In this document: piece after piece, positions 38,201 through 48,800 of the stretch
Numbering within the stretch: position 1 is the first letter of the stretch
Layout: each line of letters opens with the position of its first letter
Source: Phoronis australis
Taxonomy: Eukaryota > Animalia > Phoronida
Length of the DNA stretch: 64,000 nt
Direction: 5' to 3'
Assembly (NCBI GenBank): GCA_002633005.1
Contig: NMRA01000001.1
Coordinates: 2,649,695 to 2,713,694 of the forward strand
Notes under the pieces: model-generated
Told to the model about the DNA's origin: nothing
What the model saw: only the letters and a program-made list of their open reading frames with translations
The model's database searches: none
Position numbers and translations under genes: made by a program

Positions 38201-38406
38201 ACTATAACACGTTTGTGACAATATGGAATATTTTGTGTTTCATCTTTCAGCATTATCTCCAGAGTTTCATAGAAGTCTTGCAGAATGACCCAAACAGTTT
38301 CCTGCACAGATCTCAGAACAAGGGCCTGTCAAAGCAACTGCTGTGTGAGTTCCTTCCCTTCTTCAAGAAAGGCGTCTTTGAAACTTCCAAGCATAACACA
38401 TCGTAG
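5238..38406 (+). CDS. KIF16B: Kinesin-3 family motor KIF16B (motor, FHA, coiled coil, PX domain); 31 coding exons, 4209 nt, about 1402 aa
   Basis: N-terminus [17 protein letters not shown]-loop [13 protein letters not shown], switch I SSRSHAIF, switch [36 protein letters not shown]-region [10 protein letters not shown] motif [14 protein letters not shown], and KIF16B-type end [21 protein letters not shown]. All introns are GT-AG with matching phases. Confidence 0.96.
6899..6931. repeat. 11-bp tandem repeat x3
   Basis: ACAGATTAGAG repeated three times. Confidence 0.85.
8238..8307 (+). CDS. KIF16B: KIF16B exon 2
   Basis: [23 protein letters not shown]; cag|...|gtatac. Confidence 0.9.
8583..9524. 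repeat. Approximately 470-bp tandem duplication flanking an N (probable haplotype/assembly duplication)
   Basis: 8583-9052 and 9055-9524 differ by only a few substitutions; n at 9054. Confidence 0.9.
11223..11342 (+). CDS. KIF16B: KIF16B exon 3
   Basis: [18 protein letters not shown]. Confidence 0.92.
12149..12265 (+). CDS. KIF16B: KIF16B exon 4 (P-loop)
   Basis: [24 protein letters not shown]. Confidence 0.95.
13014..13046 (+). CDS. KIF16B: KIF16B exon 5
   Basis: [11 protein letters not shown]; tag|...|gtgagg. Confidence 0.9.
13646..13707 (+). CDS. KIF16B: KIF16B exon 6
   Basis: [20 protein letters not shown]. Confidence 0.9.
14589..14692 (+). CDS. KIF16B: KIF16B exon 7
   Basis: [13 protein letters not shown]...[14 protein letters not shown]. 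Confidence 0.94.
15372..15514 (+). CDS. KIF16B: KIF16B exon 8 (switch I)
   Basis: [25 protein letters not shown]. Confidence 0.94.
15965..16133 (+). CDS. KIF16B: KIF16B exon 9 (switch II)
   Basis: [42 protein letters not shown]. Confidence 0.95.
16432..16545 (+). CDS. KIF16B: KIF16B exon 10
   Basis: [27 protein letters not shown]. Confidence 0.94.
16984..17156 (+). CDS. KIF16B: KIF16B exon 11 (end of motor, neck)
   Basis: [45 protein letters not shown]. Confidence 0.94.
17478..17591 (+). CDS. KIF16B: KIF16B exon 12
   Basis: [29 protein letters not shown]. Confidence 0.92.
17992..18114 (+). CDS. KIF16B: KIF16B exon 13
   Basis: [30 protein letters not shown]. Confidence 0.93.
18502..18901. 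mobile_element. PIF/Harbinger-type MITE in KIF16B intron 13
   Basis: TIRs GGCCCGGTCTC.AATCTTT.TACTC / GAGTAAAAAGATTCGAGACTGGGCC with extended sub-terminal symmetry; 3-bp TSD CAG at 18499-18501 and 18902-18904. Confidence 0.75.
19161..19350 (+). CDS. KIF16B: KIF16B exon 14 (FHA domain)
   Basis: EGITRIGR...[17 protein letters not shown]...CSVNGVHV. Confidence 0.93.
19889..19974 (+). CDS. KIF16B: KIF16B exon 15
   Basis: [24 protein letters not shown]. Confidence 0.93.
20436..20590 (+). CDS. KIF16B: KIF16B exon 16
   Basis: [17 protein letters not shown]...[16 protein letters not shown]. Confidence 0.88.
21550..21703 (+). CDS. KIF16B: KIF16B exon 17 (coiled coil)
   Basis: [10 protein letters not shown]...[12 protein letters not shown]; phases match neighbours. 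Confidence 0.88.
22346..22468 (+). CDS. KIF16B: KIF16B exon 18
   Basis: [27 protein letters not shown]. Confidence 0.86.
22852..23007 (+). CDS. KIF16B: KIF16B exon 19
   Basis: [15 protein letters not shown]...; donor gtaagt. Confidence 0.86.
24050..24211 (+). CDS. KIF16B: KIF16B exon 20
   Basis: [27 protein letters not shown]. Confidence 0.86.
24622..25142 (+). CDS. KIF16B: KIF16B exon 21 (long coiled coil)
   Basis: Overlaps the E/K/L-rich ORF 24625-25242; tag|CAA...AG|gtacgt. Confidence 0.88.
26251..26383 (+). CDS. KIF16B: KIF16B exon 22
   Basis: [26 protein letters not shown]. Confidence 0.85.
26804..26973 (+). CDS. KIF16B: KIF16B exon 23
   Basis: [25 protein letters not shown]; donor gtaagc. 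Confidence 0.86.
27302..27410 (+). CDS. KIF16B: KIF16B exon 24
   Basis: [17 protein letters not shown]...ERVN|gtaagt; bridges phase 2 to phase 0 as required. Confidence 0.8.
28195..28473. mobile_element. Degenerate MITE-like element in KIF16B intron 24
   Basis: Imperfect inverted ends CCTGGG...TTTCATGAAAG.ATGGCTTAAGA / TCTTAAGCCAT...ATCGTGAAGCTGAGCCCAGG. Confidence 0.4.
32095..32240 (+). CDS. KIF16B: KIF16B exon 25
   Basis: [38 protein letters not shown]. Confidence 0.88.
33277..33450 (+). CDS. KIF16B: KIF16B exon 26
   Basis: [18 protein letters not shown]; donor gtgagt. Confidence 0.9.
34758..34860 (+). CDS. KIF16B: KIF16B exon 27
   Basis: [21 protein letters not shown]; cag|...|gtgagt. 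Confidence 0.83.
35283..35825 (-). mobile_element. 5'-truncated non-LTR retrotransposon (L1/Tx1-like LINE 3' end) in KIF16B intron 27
   Basis: ORF fragment [20 protein letters not shown]...[17 protein letters not shown] resembles the zf-RVT C-terminal zinc knuckle of LINE ORF2; an A-rich tail appears as T-runs at 35283-35308; reading frame is decayed. Confidence 0.8.
36414..36521 (+). CDS. KIF16B: KIF16B exon 28 (start of PX domain)
   Basis: [24 protein letters not shown]|gtaagc. Confidence 0.9.
36989..37202 (+). repeat. 4 x 53-bp tandem array spanning the intron 28/exon 29 boundary of KIF16B
   Basis: Unit approximately GATTGCCTTGTCTRTYCAG|GTTATAATTGGACAYGAATGTTGGACAGTGTAYA; acceptor AGs end at 37007, 37060, 37113 and 37166. 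Confidence 0.95.
37167..37256 (+). CDS. KIF16B: KIF16B exon 29 (PX core)
   Basis: [30 protein letters not shown]|gtaagc. Confidence 0.9.
37735..37818 (+). CDS. KIF16B: KIF16B exon 30
   Basis: [28 protein letters not shown]. Confidence 0.92.
37861..38012. repeat. 30-bp minisatellite, about 5 copies, in KIF16B intron 30
   Basis: Unit approximately ATAGTACATCTACCAGAGTGTGAACTAACA starting at 37861, 37891, 37921, 37951 and 37981. Confidence 0.9.
38251..38406 (+). CDS. KIF16B: KIF16B exon 31 (terminal)
   Basis: [11 protein letters not shown]...[26 protein letters not shown]. Confidence 0.92.
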   Translation, partial: HYLQSFIEVLQNDPNSFLHRSQNKGLSKQLLCEFLPFFKKGVFETSKHNTS

Positions 38407-41400
38407 ACCTGGTGATGTTGCCGATTTGAATACTATTTATTTATTTACATGTTCTATGAGAACGGTGATTGTCTTGTGTGCTGTTATTCAACAAAGTTGA
38501 AGAAGTGTCTACGTCATTAATGTTGCAAAGGTTGCGATATCATGTTGTTCTTATCCCGTAAAGTGCGTGATCATGCCAACATTATCTCCTGGTTGAAATT
38601 ACAGTGGGTGATTGTTCCTTGTTACTTTTTATACACTCAAAAAGCTGCCAAGCAAGTATAATGGATAAAAGTGCCATTCTGTGAGGTTGTGTAAACACGC
38701 AGATAACAGATGTTAAATTGCCTTTTCTTCCTTGTCCATCTTACAATGGTGGTGTAACATGGATATAGGTCAGGTTATTTGACAAAACTAGTCAGGTTAC
38801 CGCATCTGTAGTTTATGGTGCATGCTAAGTCATTAAAAGCTACACCGTATGTCTCCTGTTTTAAAAGACTTCTTAGACTAATTGGTGCTGAAGGTTCTGT
38901 CACCCTAAACACAATCTCAGAGCTTTCCAGTCCATCTTACAAACTTGATAAAACTGGATGTGTAGAAACGGGCATCTTTGGCAACAAAATTCCTTGAAAG
39001 CAACAATGTCCACGAGTATCTTATATTCTAACAATTACTTACAAAGTTTGTCTCGCTCCACACTTAGTTTTAGTCCATTCTGTCAAATTTTCAAGGATGT
39101 GCTTAGAATTCCTCAGTGTGACCTTACTGTAAGACAACATAAATACTTTTGAATGTTGCTCACATCTGAAGTCTTTAGAAAAGGCTTGCAAAATGATATC
39201 TCTTTGTTTGACACTTCACTAACAGAACTTTAGTGTCACTTTCATGTAGTATCTTGGCAAAAACAGTAACTGCCTTAGCAATAGTCGTCATAAAATTACT
39301 GTAAGTTGAAAGTTGTTGTTTCAAGTTGTATTTGTATTTGGCTGTGTGCAAAAATGCTTATCACTTAGCAGTCTGGTGGTCTTATTAGTTAGGACTAGAT
39401 TTACCTTTAAATTTACTAATGAAGAATCCTGTTTGCTAAACTTATACATGTGCTTCTTTCTGTGAAATGGAAGTGGTCAGTAATTTTTGAATCTTTAGGC
39501 AAAATGTGACTTTTGAAGAATGACTTGCCTAATTGTGGTGCTAATAGTGCTATGTGATTTGAAAACAAAAGTTGTATTTTTATAGATTACCTATTTTTGC
39601 AAAGTTAAAAATGGTCAGTGGTTATATCAATAACTTGTTAATCTTCTGAATCATTTTAATCAAAATTGCTAAAGCATTTTAATGATATTTTTAAAAAATG
39701 TTTTGTTGAGTTAAATGTGTTGGGTTCGCTATAATTTTTGTTCTCGGTTCCTCAAATTAAACATTAAAAGTATTTTCCTAAGTCTACTAATGTCATTTGG
39801 AAAATCTACTGGTCTATTAACACCAACTTGTAACTTGTTTATTTTGGCACAACATTGCAGTTCATCATTTCTGCGACCAGTTTCAGGTGTTGCAGCGTTC
39901 GTAGCAGAACAAGCACAAATGTGGTACATGGGATCAATGATGAGTGTTTTTTTTGGAATTTTGTGTTTTTTCTTGGTGCATTGTAGCATCGGAGACCTTT
40001 CAATTGACTTGACACACCAGCACTTTGATCACTAGAAATCTGAGTTTTCCATTGCCTTTGAGGGAATTTACTTATCTTTTTGAGGAGGGTTAGCCATGTG
40101 TCACTTGGCTGCTTGCTGAGGGTGAATGAAGACACTAAAGTGTAGTGTCACGTGTTTCCTTGATCTTCATTTCAGTTCGGCCTGTTCCACTAATAATGGA
40201 TGTTATCCCACTGTTGCTTTGACCACATGTGCCTCCACTTCATGAACTATTGCTTCCTCTGCGGCACTTATTGTTTTCAGCAATCCTGTTTTTCTTTGTC
40301 CTTTATGTTTCAGTGATATAGAATTTACTATGTTCACACTGTCATGCAGGATTTGTCTTGGCTTGCAAACTTTGAAACTTCCACATTCGGCAAGTTAGTC
40401 AAAATTAAGACAAAACTTATGTCAGACACTTAAGTCAAACTTAAGATCTCTTTCTTGAATTGGTTTTGAGACAAATTTAACTTTTATTTTAAAATTCACT
40501 AAAATTTAAGATTTGACTTAGATAAGTCAGTTTTGTTGGGACAAGGCCCTGGTTTGTTTTGACTTCCTGGTTGAGCTGTGAACCCTCTGCTCAAACCACT
40601 CCTTGTGCAGATTAGCTAAGTCTAGTGTTAGTGGTGAACCTATTGCCTGGGGTCTACTGGGACTTTCCTTGGGACAGGAAGCATGGTAAAGACTCTTCAT
40701 ATTAGAACACAATATGGTTGGAACTTTGAAATTTTATTTTGTAAAGTATTTCTACAAAATAGACAGGAAGAAAATTTTACTTACTTGCACAGTTTACATT
40801 GTACTGCTGTAATGAACAAACACACAATGAAAATTTGGACATTTTAAAAATGGAAAAGAAAATTTTGGCAATTATTTTTGTTTGATTTTGAGGTAACTGT
40901 TCCTTCGAAAGGGTGTTTGCACAATGAGTACCACATACCACATAACCATGTTTGTTTTTTGAAGAATGCTGCAACAACTGAAGAGAGTTGGAAAATTGAC
41001 CGACTGAGAGGTCATGCCAGTGTTGGTGTAGAACCTTAGATTTTAAGAATGTAGCCTCAAAGCAATTTTAGCAACTCGCTAGTCACATGAGTCTATTAAC
41101 CTTAATATTTTCCATTGGTTTGATGGGAACTGGTTTGTGCAGTGTAGTTTTGTTTTGGTACCAAGTTAACGCAGAATTTCGCCCTCTTTAGTTAGCTAAA
41201 ACGAAAATCGATTTGGGCTTTGTATTCTTAAAAATCCCTTTCGTGATATTCATTACTGTGATATGATTCTTACATCGGTTATCAACAAGATCACTGAAAC
41301 CGTCAACATCAGATCCAACTCTGAAATTGTGAACTGGAAAATGGCTCGTGTTCGCGTTGGGACCGAATGAGAGTAAAAGGCGATGTTTAAGCCAGCTAAA

Positions 41401-42600
41401 TAGGGTGGAATGCAGCTGCTTTAACTATGGTAGCAAAACATAAGTATACATTCTAGTCACATCAAAAACTGAATTTAAGTAATGCTATTAATACGCACAC
41501 ATTTTTGGGGAATTGTATCATACTCTTACATTAGTGTCTGTTATTTTATTTTGTTTATCATCATGTACATAGCTATTGTTTCATAATGAAATGTGAACTC
41601 AAGCAGTTCAAATCACCAGTGCTCTAGACAGTTTCTTTCAACTTCATGACTACCTTATGGGGAGGTCATTCATTAGAACATCAATTTTGATCATAGTCAC
41701 AACAGCTCTACTAGGTTATGTTATCTATGACTGGTAGCGCCACCTTTAGATACGTGCTTGGTCTTACTGCTATAGTTATGGCGACAAGTTGTAAAAAGTC
41801 TGTTTAGAAACACAGATGGATTGGAACTGAAACTTCACGTCACTTTGGTGTTAATGTTTAGTTTGTTAAGCTTTTGTTTACTATGTGTCTGTGGCAATCA
41901 CTTTGTATATGTGCCTTTCTTTGATCTCATTGTCCTTTTTGGCGTATTTCTGTGCCTGCTATCTTTGTTGGGGGAAATAAAGCGTTGTTACGACATAAAT
42001 GTTTTTGTTACGTTTTGTGCAGAATTCTGGGTCCCCAAAGCATTATAATTATATTTTGCGAAATCCAACGACGGAAAGTCGAAGACCAGTGGTTTCAACA
42101 GGAACATGTTTAATACCAATGTGCACTTATCTTTGTAATAGGTAGCAGTAAAGTGTACATGTATATACCTGCAGCTCAGTAAATAGAAAACGTATTTAAT
42201 TCAGGTGTAAAAGTCCCCTTGAAAACATTATACATCAAGTGGGCACTGAGTTGGTGGATAGACCTACCTTGTAGTATTAAAATAAATGGTATAACTAAGA
42301 AACATTGAAATATTTGAATGGCATTCTACGAAGTTCGTAGAACGCCTTACAAAATGCGGTTATAGGTAGTATTTTGTACTTAATTGCAAGCCGTTCCCTA
42401 GAGACTATACCCGGCCGTAGCTCGGACTTCAGTCTGTATTTACTGTCCTGCGAAAGACTATCCGTTGCATCACAGCTGGTTTTAACCTGAATAATTATTC
42501 AAGTACATTCGAAATATTCATCAACATTATTGGTGGCCCTCACATCATCTTATGACAAATTTTCGCAGTTTCTTGCATGAGTCATCAGATGGTATGACGT

Positions 42601-42865
42601 TCAAAGTGCCATCGTGTAATTCAACTTGAACAAATTGGCTTTGGGAGATTGCATGCCCCTTAACGCCTCTAGCAGGATGGTGACTCTTCCGTTCCTCGAC
42701 TTGAACTCGAAATTGTTCTCCGGTTTATTGCGTGCTGCGCTAATCATACGGTGGTGATTTTTACTGTTTTCCGCGTCTTCGCGACCGTCGAGAATCATTT
42801 CCACATTACTCTTCGACTTCACTTCGCTTACTTTGACTCCTTTGAATTGTGGGTCCATAAAGAGG
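42601..42865 (-). CDS. Uncharacterised gene, terminal exon
   Basis: ttttttttcttacag|C CTC TTT ATG GAC...; matches ORF 42601-42858. Confidence 0.68.
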
Positions 42866-45800
42866 CTGTAAGAAAAAAATGAAATGCAAATGATCTATAG
42901 TCTTAATGAAACAGCTGACGTCTGGAACTCGTTATCCTCAATACTCTACGTTCGCGGTGTAGGTCCGTAGTAAAGGACTATCGTTCATTTCCGACTGACT
43001 CTCCATCCTTGGGGAATTCATCGGAGTACTAAAAGGCCTGAAAGTCCGACACTTCCGGTGTATTAGACATGGCTGCAATTCGTACTCAACCAAAGTGATT
43101 CCTGAGAAGCAAAAAAGAGTGTCTCAAATTTCATTAATCTGGAAAACCTGGCAACGGGTTTGCAGTTCAATATTTTTGCGCGATTTTCTTTATTAATTCC
43201 TGTTTGTTGTTGACTAAGGAACTCACCTGAAGTTTTGGTCGTAATGCCCGTATTTGAAGACAATTTCTAATTTTCCTCTGGGCTCTGTCCATATAAGGTG
43301 CCCTTTATCGGCTGTCAACAAAACCGGTTCTAGCTGGAACCCGCTGTAAAAAAATCCAATTATACTTCAATGAGACTTTCAGAGACCTTGAAATTAAAAT
43401 AAAACAACCTAATTGAAAAAGCCAAAAGCCCATGGCAGACATACGAGATTTGAGGTATTCTCGGGTCATCGGACTGCGAAGCAACCAAACAAAACGACGT
43501 GCTTTACTCATGCTTAGAAAACGTAATTTTTACAGAACAACAGCACACCACGCACTTCTTCATACAAGCTGCATTCCAAGCAACGTATTTTTTGTGATAA
43601 TAAATGAATTAAAACATTTGTAGGAAACTGCTTTAGAAATGTCAGACAGCTAAACTGATCTGATCGGGATTGAAATACAAATTTTATGAAGCCGTTTGAA
43701 AAACGTCATAAAATCTCTCATCCGGATGGTTTAAATGTATTAACATTATTTGAGCGAACTGTGTTTACTTTCAGTATGCCAACATCCCTTCTGAGAGAAG
43801 AAAAACACGAAAAGTCTCCTCATAGAACGGACGTATCTAGCTCGATAAACCAAAACCGCACAAGGCAATCTATGGTGCATGGCGTTAAACATCCAAGCAT
43901 TACTTATAATTTGGTTTCTAGTTGTTTCACGAAAGTTTTTTTAGAGTTAATTACATCAACTAATCAGACGTGCTTTATCAAAGATCAGTACATAGCTAAG
44001 AATGAACCATAACACAGAGCGTGATAAGAGTTAGGCCTGACTACATATATCCTTAATCAACACTCCAATGAGTTTTCAAAAAATAGAAGTTCTATATAAA
44101 GTTTGCGGCGTGGAATCCGTGTATTCACGTGATATGCTAAGTAATATTTACGACACTCGGCGTAACAAATATTGGCAACAAACAAAACAACTCACCTTCC
44201 CACCCATTTCCCTGGCTCCGATACATTCGTTCCTCCCATTTTTACTTCTCTAGCAAAGCGGGATTTGAAGGCGGGCTTGCCATCTGTTTTCTCCTCGTTC
44301 AGTCTATTGCGCCTTGTACGAGACATGACTTCGCTCTCTTCTTGTGCACCGTTTTGCACGTCTTCCAAACGACTCCGTCGAGAACGGGATCTTCTTTCTG
44401 GTTGTTTGTCGACTTCACTGCAATTTCAAAATAAGATACTGCATACGTTTACAATTTTTTGCTCATTTGGATTACGTTTGAAATGCATGCATGTCAACAT
44501 CCTGTCAGGTTATAAATGTCAACTGACCAATCGTGAAATCGAGGATGCTATAAGTGTACGTCACACTTGGTTGAAATTTCTGATTATCTTTCATGTATTT
44601 TGCACGCCTTCACTGGCTTGGGAAAGTTAAATGTTATCACAGCGGCAACGAATTCTTTTTTTTTGTAAAACCCAAATTCTCGTTGGTTTTGAATTGTTTA
44701 GCAGCGACTGAAGCGAGTTCCGTCATTGTGTTAAACCGGCTTTGTTGCATGATACAGTGTTTTACAACTAAAACGGATCTAATAAATTCTCTTTCCATCA
44801 CGAAAACCAACTTTTGATTTAGACCATTTACGTTGTGAGGTTTGTCTTTAATTTTTCGTTTGTCAAATTGAAGGTGATGTCGGAAAGAATGACTGACAGG
44901 TCGTTATTGCTCGAAACAAGGCTCAACGCGGTGGGTTGTCACAGTGTGTCGTTTTATTCACCAAGCGTCGAATCAGTTCTTTGCGAACCCAGAAATTATT
45001 ATTTAAATAAGAACAAGCCAAAATCAACGCTATAGAGGTTAAGTAGCCTAAATCAAACGTTAGCTAATTCTTCTAAAGAACGCGGCTTTATTAGCCGTTT
45101 TTAGAAACATTTTGAAATTTATTATTTTCAAACCTCGTTTGCTGTGCTGCGGCTTGGTTCTTGGCATGCTGTCGTAAGCTGACAATCTCGTTAGGGTTAG
45201 TATCCTCGCCGTAACGATGTTTTAAATATCCAGGTGTATTCTTGTGGTCACATGGTCCGTCATGATCTTCCCCATTGCAGTGCTCATGGTGTTGATGATG
45301 ACGATGGTGACTGTGATGGCTTGTCGCATCATCTTCTTCGTGAGTGCGCGAAGACGTGTTGACGGCATGCTGTCTGTTCTCTACGTGAAGGCTAGAAAAC
45401 ACTTCCGATACAGTGGCAGGGGTCTGTACGCGAGGATGATGACTTTGTTGGTTGGATGAGCGGGATGGTGGCGGGCTATCTCTGTATGTTGACGCGTAGT
45501 CTGACGCAAATGACGTTTTGCTATTAAAGCGTGGCGTGTACGTTGATTGACGCGACGAGGTTCTCCCAATGGAGGAGTAATCAGATGTGACGGACTGACG
45601 TTTGCTGTCCGTATAAGGCAGAGGAACGTCAAGCGCAGATGAGGACACGTAACTTGAGTAGTTGGAGTCCGGGTAGTTCTTCACATAATTCGAAGTGTAT
45701 TCAAACGATCTGTCGAAGTCTGGAGACGCTCTTGTGGTTTCAATCTCAAGAGTGTACTCGGGGGTATATGCTGCACTTTTGACGGAGTAGTCATTGCAGT

Positions 45801-45876
45801 CTTTGAATTTAGTTGGAGAATTATAGTCGTACTTCATTTCTGTTGCGTACCGGCTTCCGTAGGATTTATATGACAT
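42601..45876 (-). CDS. Uncharacterised low-complexity Ser/Tyr-rich protein with His-rich tract; exons 45134-45876, 44196-44417, 42601-42865 (about 409 aa)
   Basis: 291-codon open frame. A polypyrimidine/AG acceptor before 45918 implies an upstream exon, so ATG 45876 (MSYKSYGSRY) is the likely start. Phase-2 donor AG|gtttga at 45134, phase 2-2 exon 44196-44417 ending |gtgagt, and a strong T-tract acceptor before 42865. Confidence 0.68.
44196..44417 (-). CDS. Uncharacterised gene, internal exon
   Basis: gcag|T GAA GTC...EVDKQPERRSRSRRSRLEDVQ...GKWVG AG|gtgagt; open for 222 nt. Confidence 0.72.
45134..45876 (-). CDS. Uncharacterised gene, first coding exon
   Basis: Part of ORF 45091-45966; contains HHSHHRHHQHHEHC. 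Confidence 0.72.
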
Positions 45877-48800
45877 AACACTCCTCGGTGAACTGTAAAT
45901 CTTCTTACTCAAGTACGGCTGAAATAACAAAGGTGTAAATAGTAGAACGTCGTCCATGATCGACAAGTTTTAATAAATTAACGCAACAACTAGTCTCAAT
46001 CATGCAGTGCTAACGCGTCAACGCTCGTTTTTAAGAACGATTGCTGGATCGAGTCTATATGATTTTGACCTCACGAGAGTTGAAGAATTTTAAGTGGAGG
46101 CAACAGTCGTAGGGTGATTGCGAACACCACATTGTTGAGATAAAAAACAAAGAGTGGGCGTTAGTTCTGTTTGGCTAATTGTTGTCATTTATTAATTAGT
46201 AGAATTCCACGGCCTGGAAATTTACCCTGCTGTCTCGGTACTAACTAACCAATCTCACTTTTCTAACGCGGCTACCGAAACCCGGGGTCCGTCGAAGAAA
46301 CTATCTTTGTATTGAGACCACTACAGCTCTAAAATCGGTCTCATCTTTTTTCTAAGCCATACAGAGAGAAGTGATTTTTGGCCATGCAAACAGCTGACAA
46401 TTCGTTACCATTACTCTAGACCATGGTCGACGGATAGACGTCACGCCACGGTGGCAAGTCATCTTGTAGATTCTGGTGTCAACGAATTGCCAATTCTTTC
46501 CAAGCTTAGAATCAAGGAATATCAAGAAACCAATTCCATAAAAGTAAAACGTTAAACAGTTTGGAAATCTATAACCCGTGGCGCTGAGGACGGCATTGTA
46601 GTAACCACTATAATCATGCCCTTCGCGCAGAGCGTCAAATACGTGCGTTATACCCTATACTACAAGAAAATATGTTTTAGACTGGCTTACTCGAAACACA
46701 CTCCTGTTAGAATTAAGTTGTGGCTGACAAACATTGACTAGTTCTCAAACTAAAAAAGAAAAAGTTAACAACATACAACACCCTTTCCTTCTCGGACCCG
46801 TCTTCGAAATCTGTCTGTCGATCGTCCAGTGCCGCGTATTTAATAGGCAACACCCCTGAACAGTAGCTAATATTGTCAGTGGTGGTGAGTTAATAGAGAT
46901 GGAATGCTAAACACTTGAATGCAATAATGTCTGCATGACACTCGGAAGGACATCAACAGAATAACGTTCCGATTGGTTCATCACAACCAGGACTCACCTA
47001 GGTGTCAATGAACTGAACCATAACAGCAACGTGTATGAAATTATCGTGGTCATTTGGAGACGATCAAGCGTTCGCTGACCGTTGTTAGCTGTCATTTGGT
47101 CCGAAGAATTTGGCGTACGATATTTTTACATAATTCTGTCAAACAAACAGACGTTGACACCATCCAAATATAATATAACTTCTATTTGAAATATTTTTTG
47201 TGTTATTGGAAGGTCTAGACAGTTGTAAAGACGTCTGCAAATTTTGAGAGCGAACTCAAAATTGTGATCCTATTGAAATTACCGTTTCCCACTTCAGCAA
47301 AACCTTGTGTCTTCCAGTCAACTTCCCTCAACTGTTTGCAGATGCCGGACACTTGATCCCAATCTCCTGGTCTACAGGGTGACCCCAAAATCTTACAGGT
47401 AATCACAATGTTCTAAGATAGTTTGAAGAACAACTTCAAAACTGCGAATGACGGAAACGTCAGAGATATTGAAAATTGTTTTTTTAGTTTTAGCATTTTG
47501 TTGAGCGCCATTTAAAATAAATGGTTCAGAAGTAAGATAAAACTGAATAATAATAATAATATGTCAGTTAACATTTTCATTTGCAAATGAAACTTTATTT
47601 CGGTAATGACATAACAAAAGATGTCGCAGTATTAATTCGCATCCTTTGTCGTGTTTACTGTAGATGAACCAGTGTTTCTGTTTTCTGGAAGTACTGAATA
47701 TTTCAGACTTCGGATTGGTAATCAAAACCTGTTGTCCGAGACAATTTAGTTGAAATTCCCCCATTACCTTCGGAATTCTAAGGTGACAGAGCGGGCGCAG
47801 GAGTCCGGATCTACTGGACCCCATCTGAATCCGCGAGTGGTCGAGTTTTAGGGAATCAGAGCGAGGGCGTACAACACACTATTTTGACAGACGCTGATGT
47901 CATCCGTTGCTGACAACTTCGACCGCAACTAGTTCAGTTCAGATGGATGAGAGGAATGCAGACATTTCACCCGCTCAGTTCTCCGTGGTAATTAACACAG
48001 TAGACTGTGTTTATCTGTCGATGGTGGAGAATATTCCGCCCCCATTTGGTGGAAATGTGTGCTAGCATTCGTTTCCCCATTACCAAAACTGGCCAATGGC
48101 TTTGTTTGTTTTGGCGACCTCTAAAAGAAATAACGTGTTGCCTCTTTTGTTCTTCCATTATCTGCAGTGCACGATGAGTAGCAGTTTTTACATTGACGTG
48201 GACGTTGTTGTTTTGATTACGGTGGAAGCAATTAGCGCGCAACTTAAGTAGTTAATAGTGTCAATCATGTAGGCTGCATACGAAATCCTTGTAGTTCAAG
48301 ATTAAATTCCAAAGAGGATTATCATTGGCATTGAAGAATGACATCATAGCTTAAAAATGCATTTGTACTCGCAAAAAGACGCGAGGAGATTCGAAAAAGT
48401 CGTTGCCAGGTTGATCCACCAAAAATGCAACTCTTCACTTTAATCGTCAATCGTCCCACTCTGATAGTTTGTCAGTCACATCAGTTCAAGATGCTCAAAA
48501 ACACGGCATGCAACCGGCACTGCCGGTTAAGCGGACGTCTTTCCTTCGATCGAGAATCATGGTTGCCATCCCCCAACCCTTCTTGCGATATCTTTCAGAT
48601 CCGCCGGGGCCCTAAACTCCGCGAACCACGAATGTTGAACATAGGCTGATACACGTGGTGAATCTACAATGGGTTCACTTTACAGGTGCTACAGTGCCTG
48701 TATTTTGCCAAAAAGAAACTTTTAATATACGCCACTTAACTACGTTATAAAATCAATCTTAGCTTGTTGTTTACTGGGATTATAATTGATATATGGGCCT

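Noticed and set aside
39715-40135. Overlapping 86-106 aa ORFs downstream of KIF16B
   Set aside because: No recognisable motif or coherent splice signals; consistent with chance ORFs in 3' UTR/intergenic DNA.
45919-45966. N-terminal extension MSIMDDVLLFTPLLFQ as a signal peptide of the orphan protein
   Set aside because: It coincides with a polypyrimidine tract ending in TTTCAG, so it is more likely intron sequence; not fully excluded.
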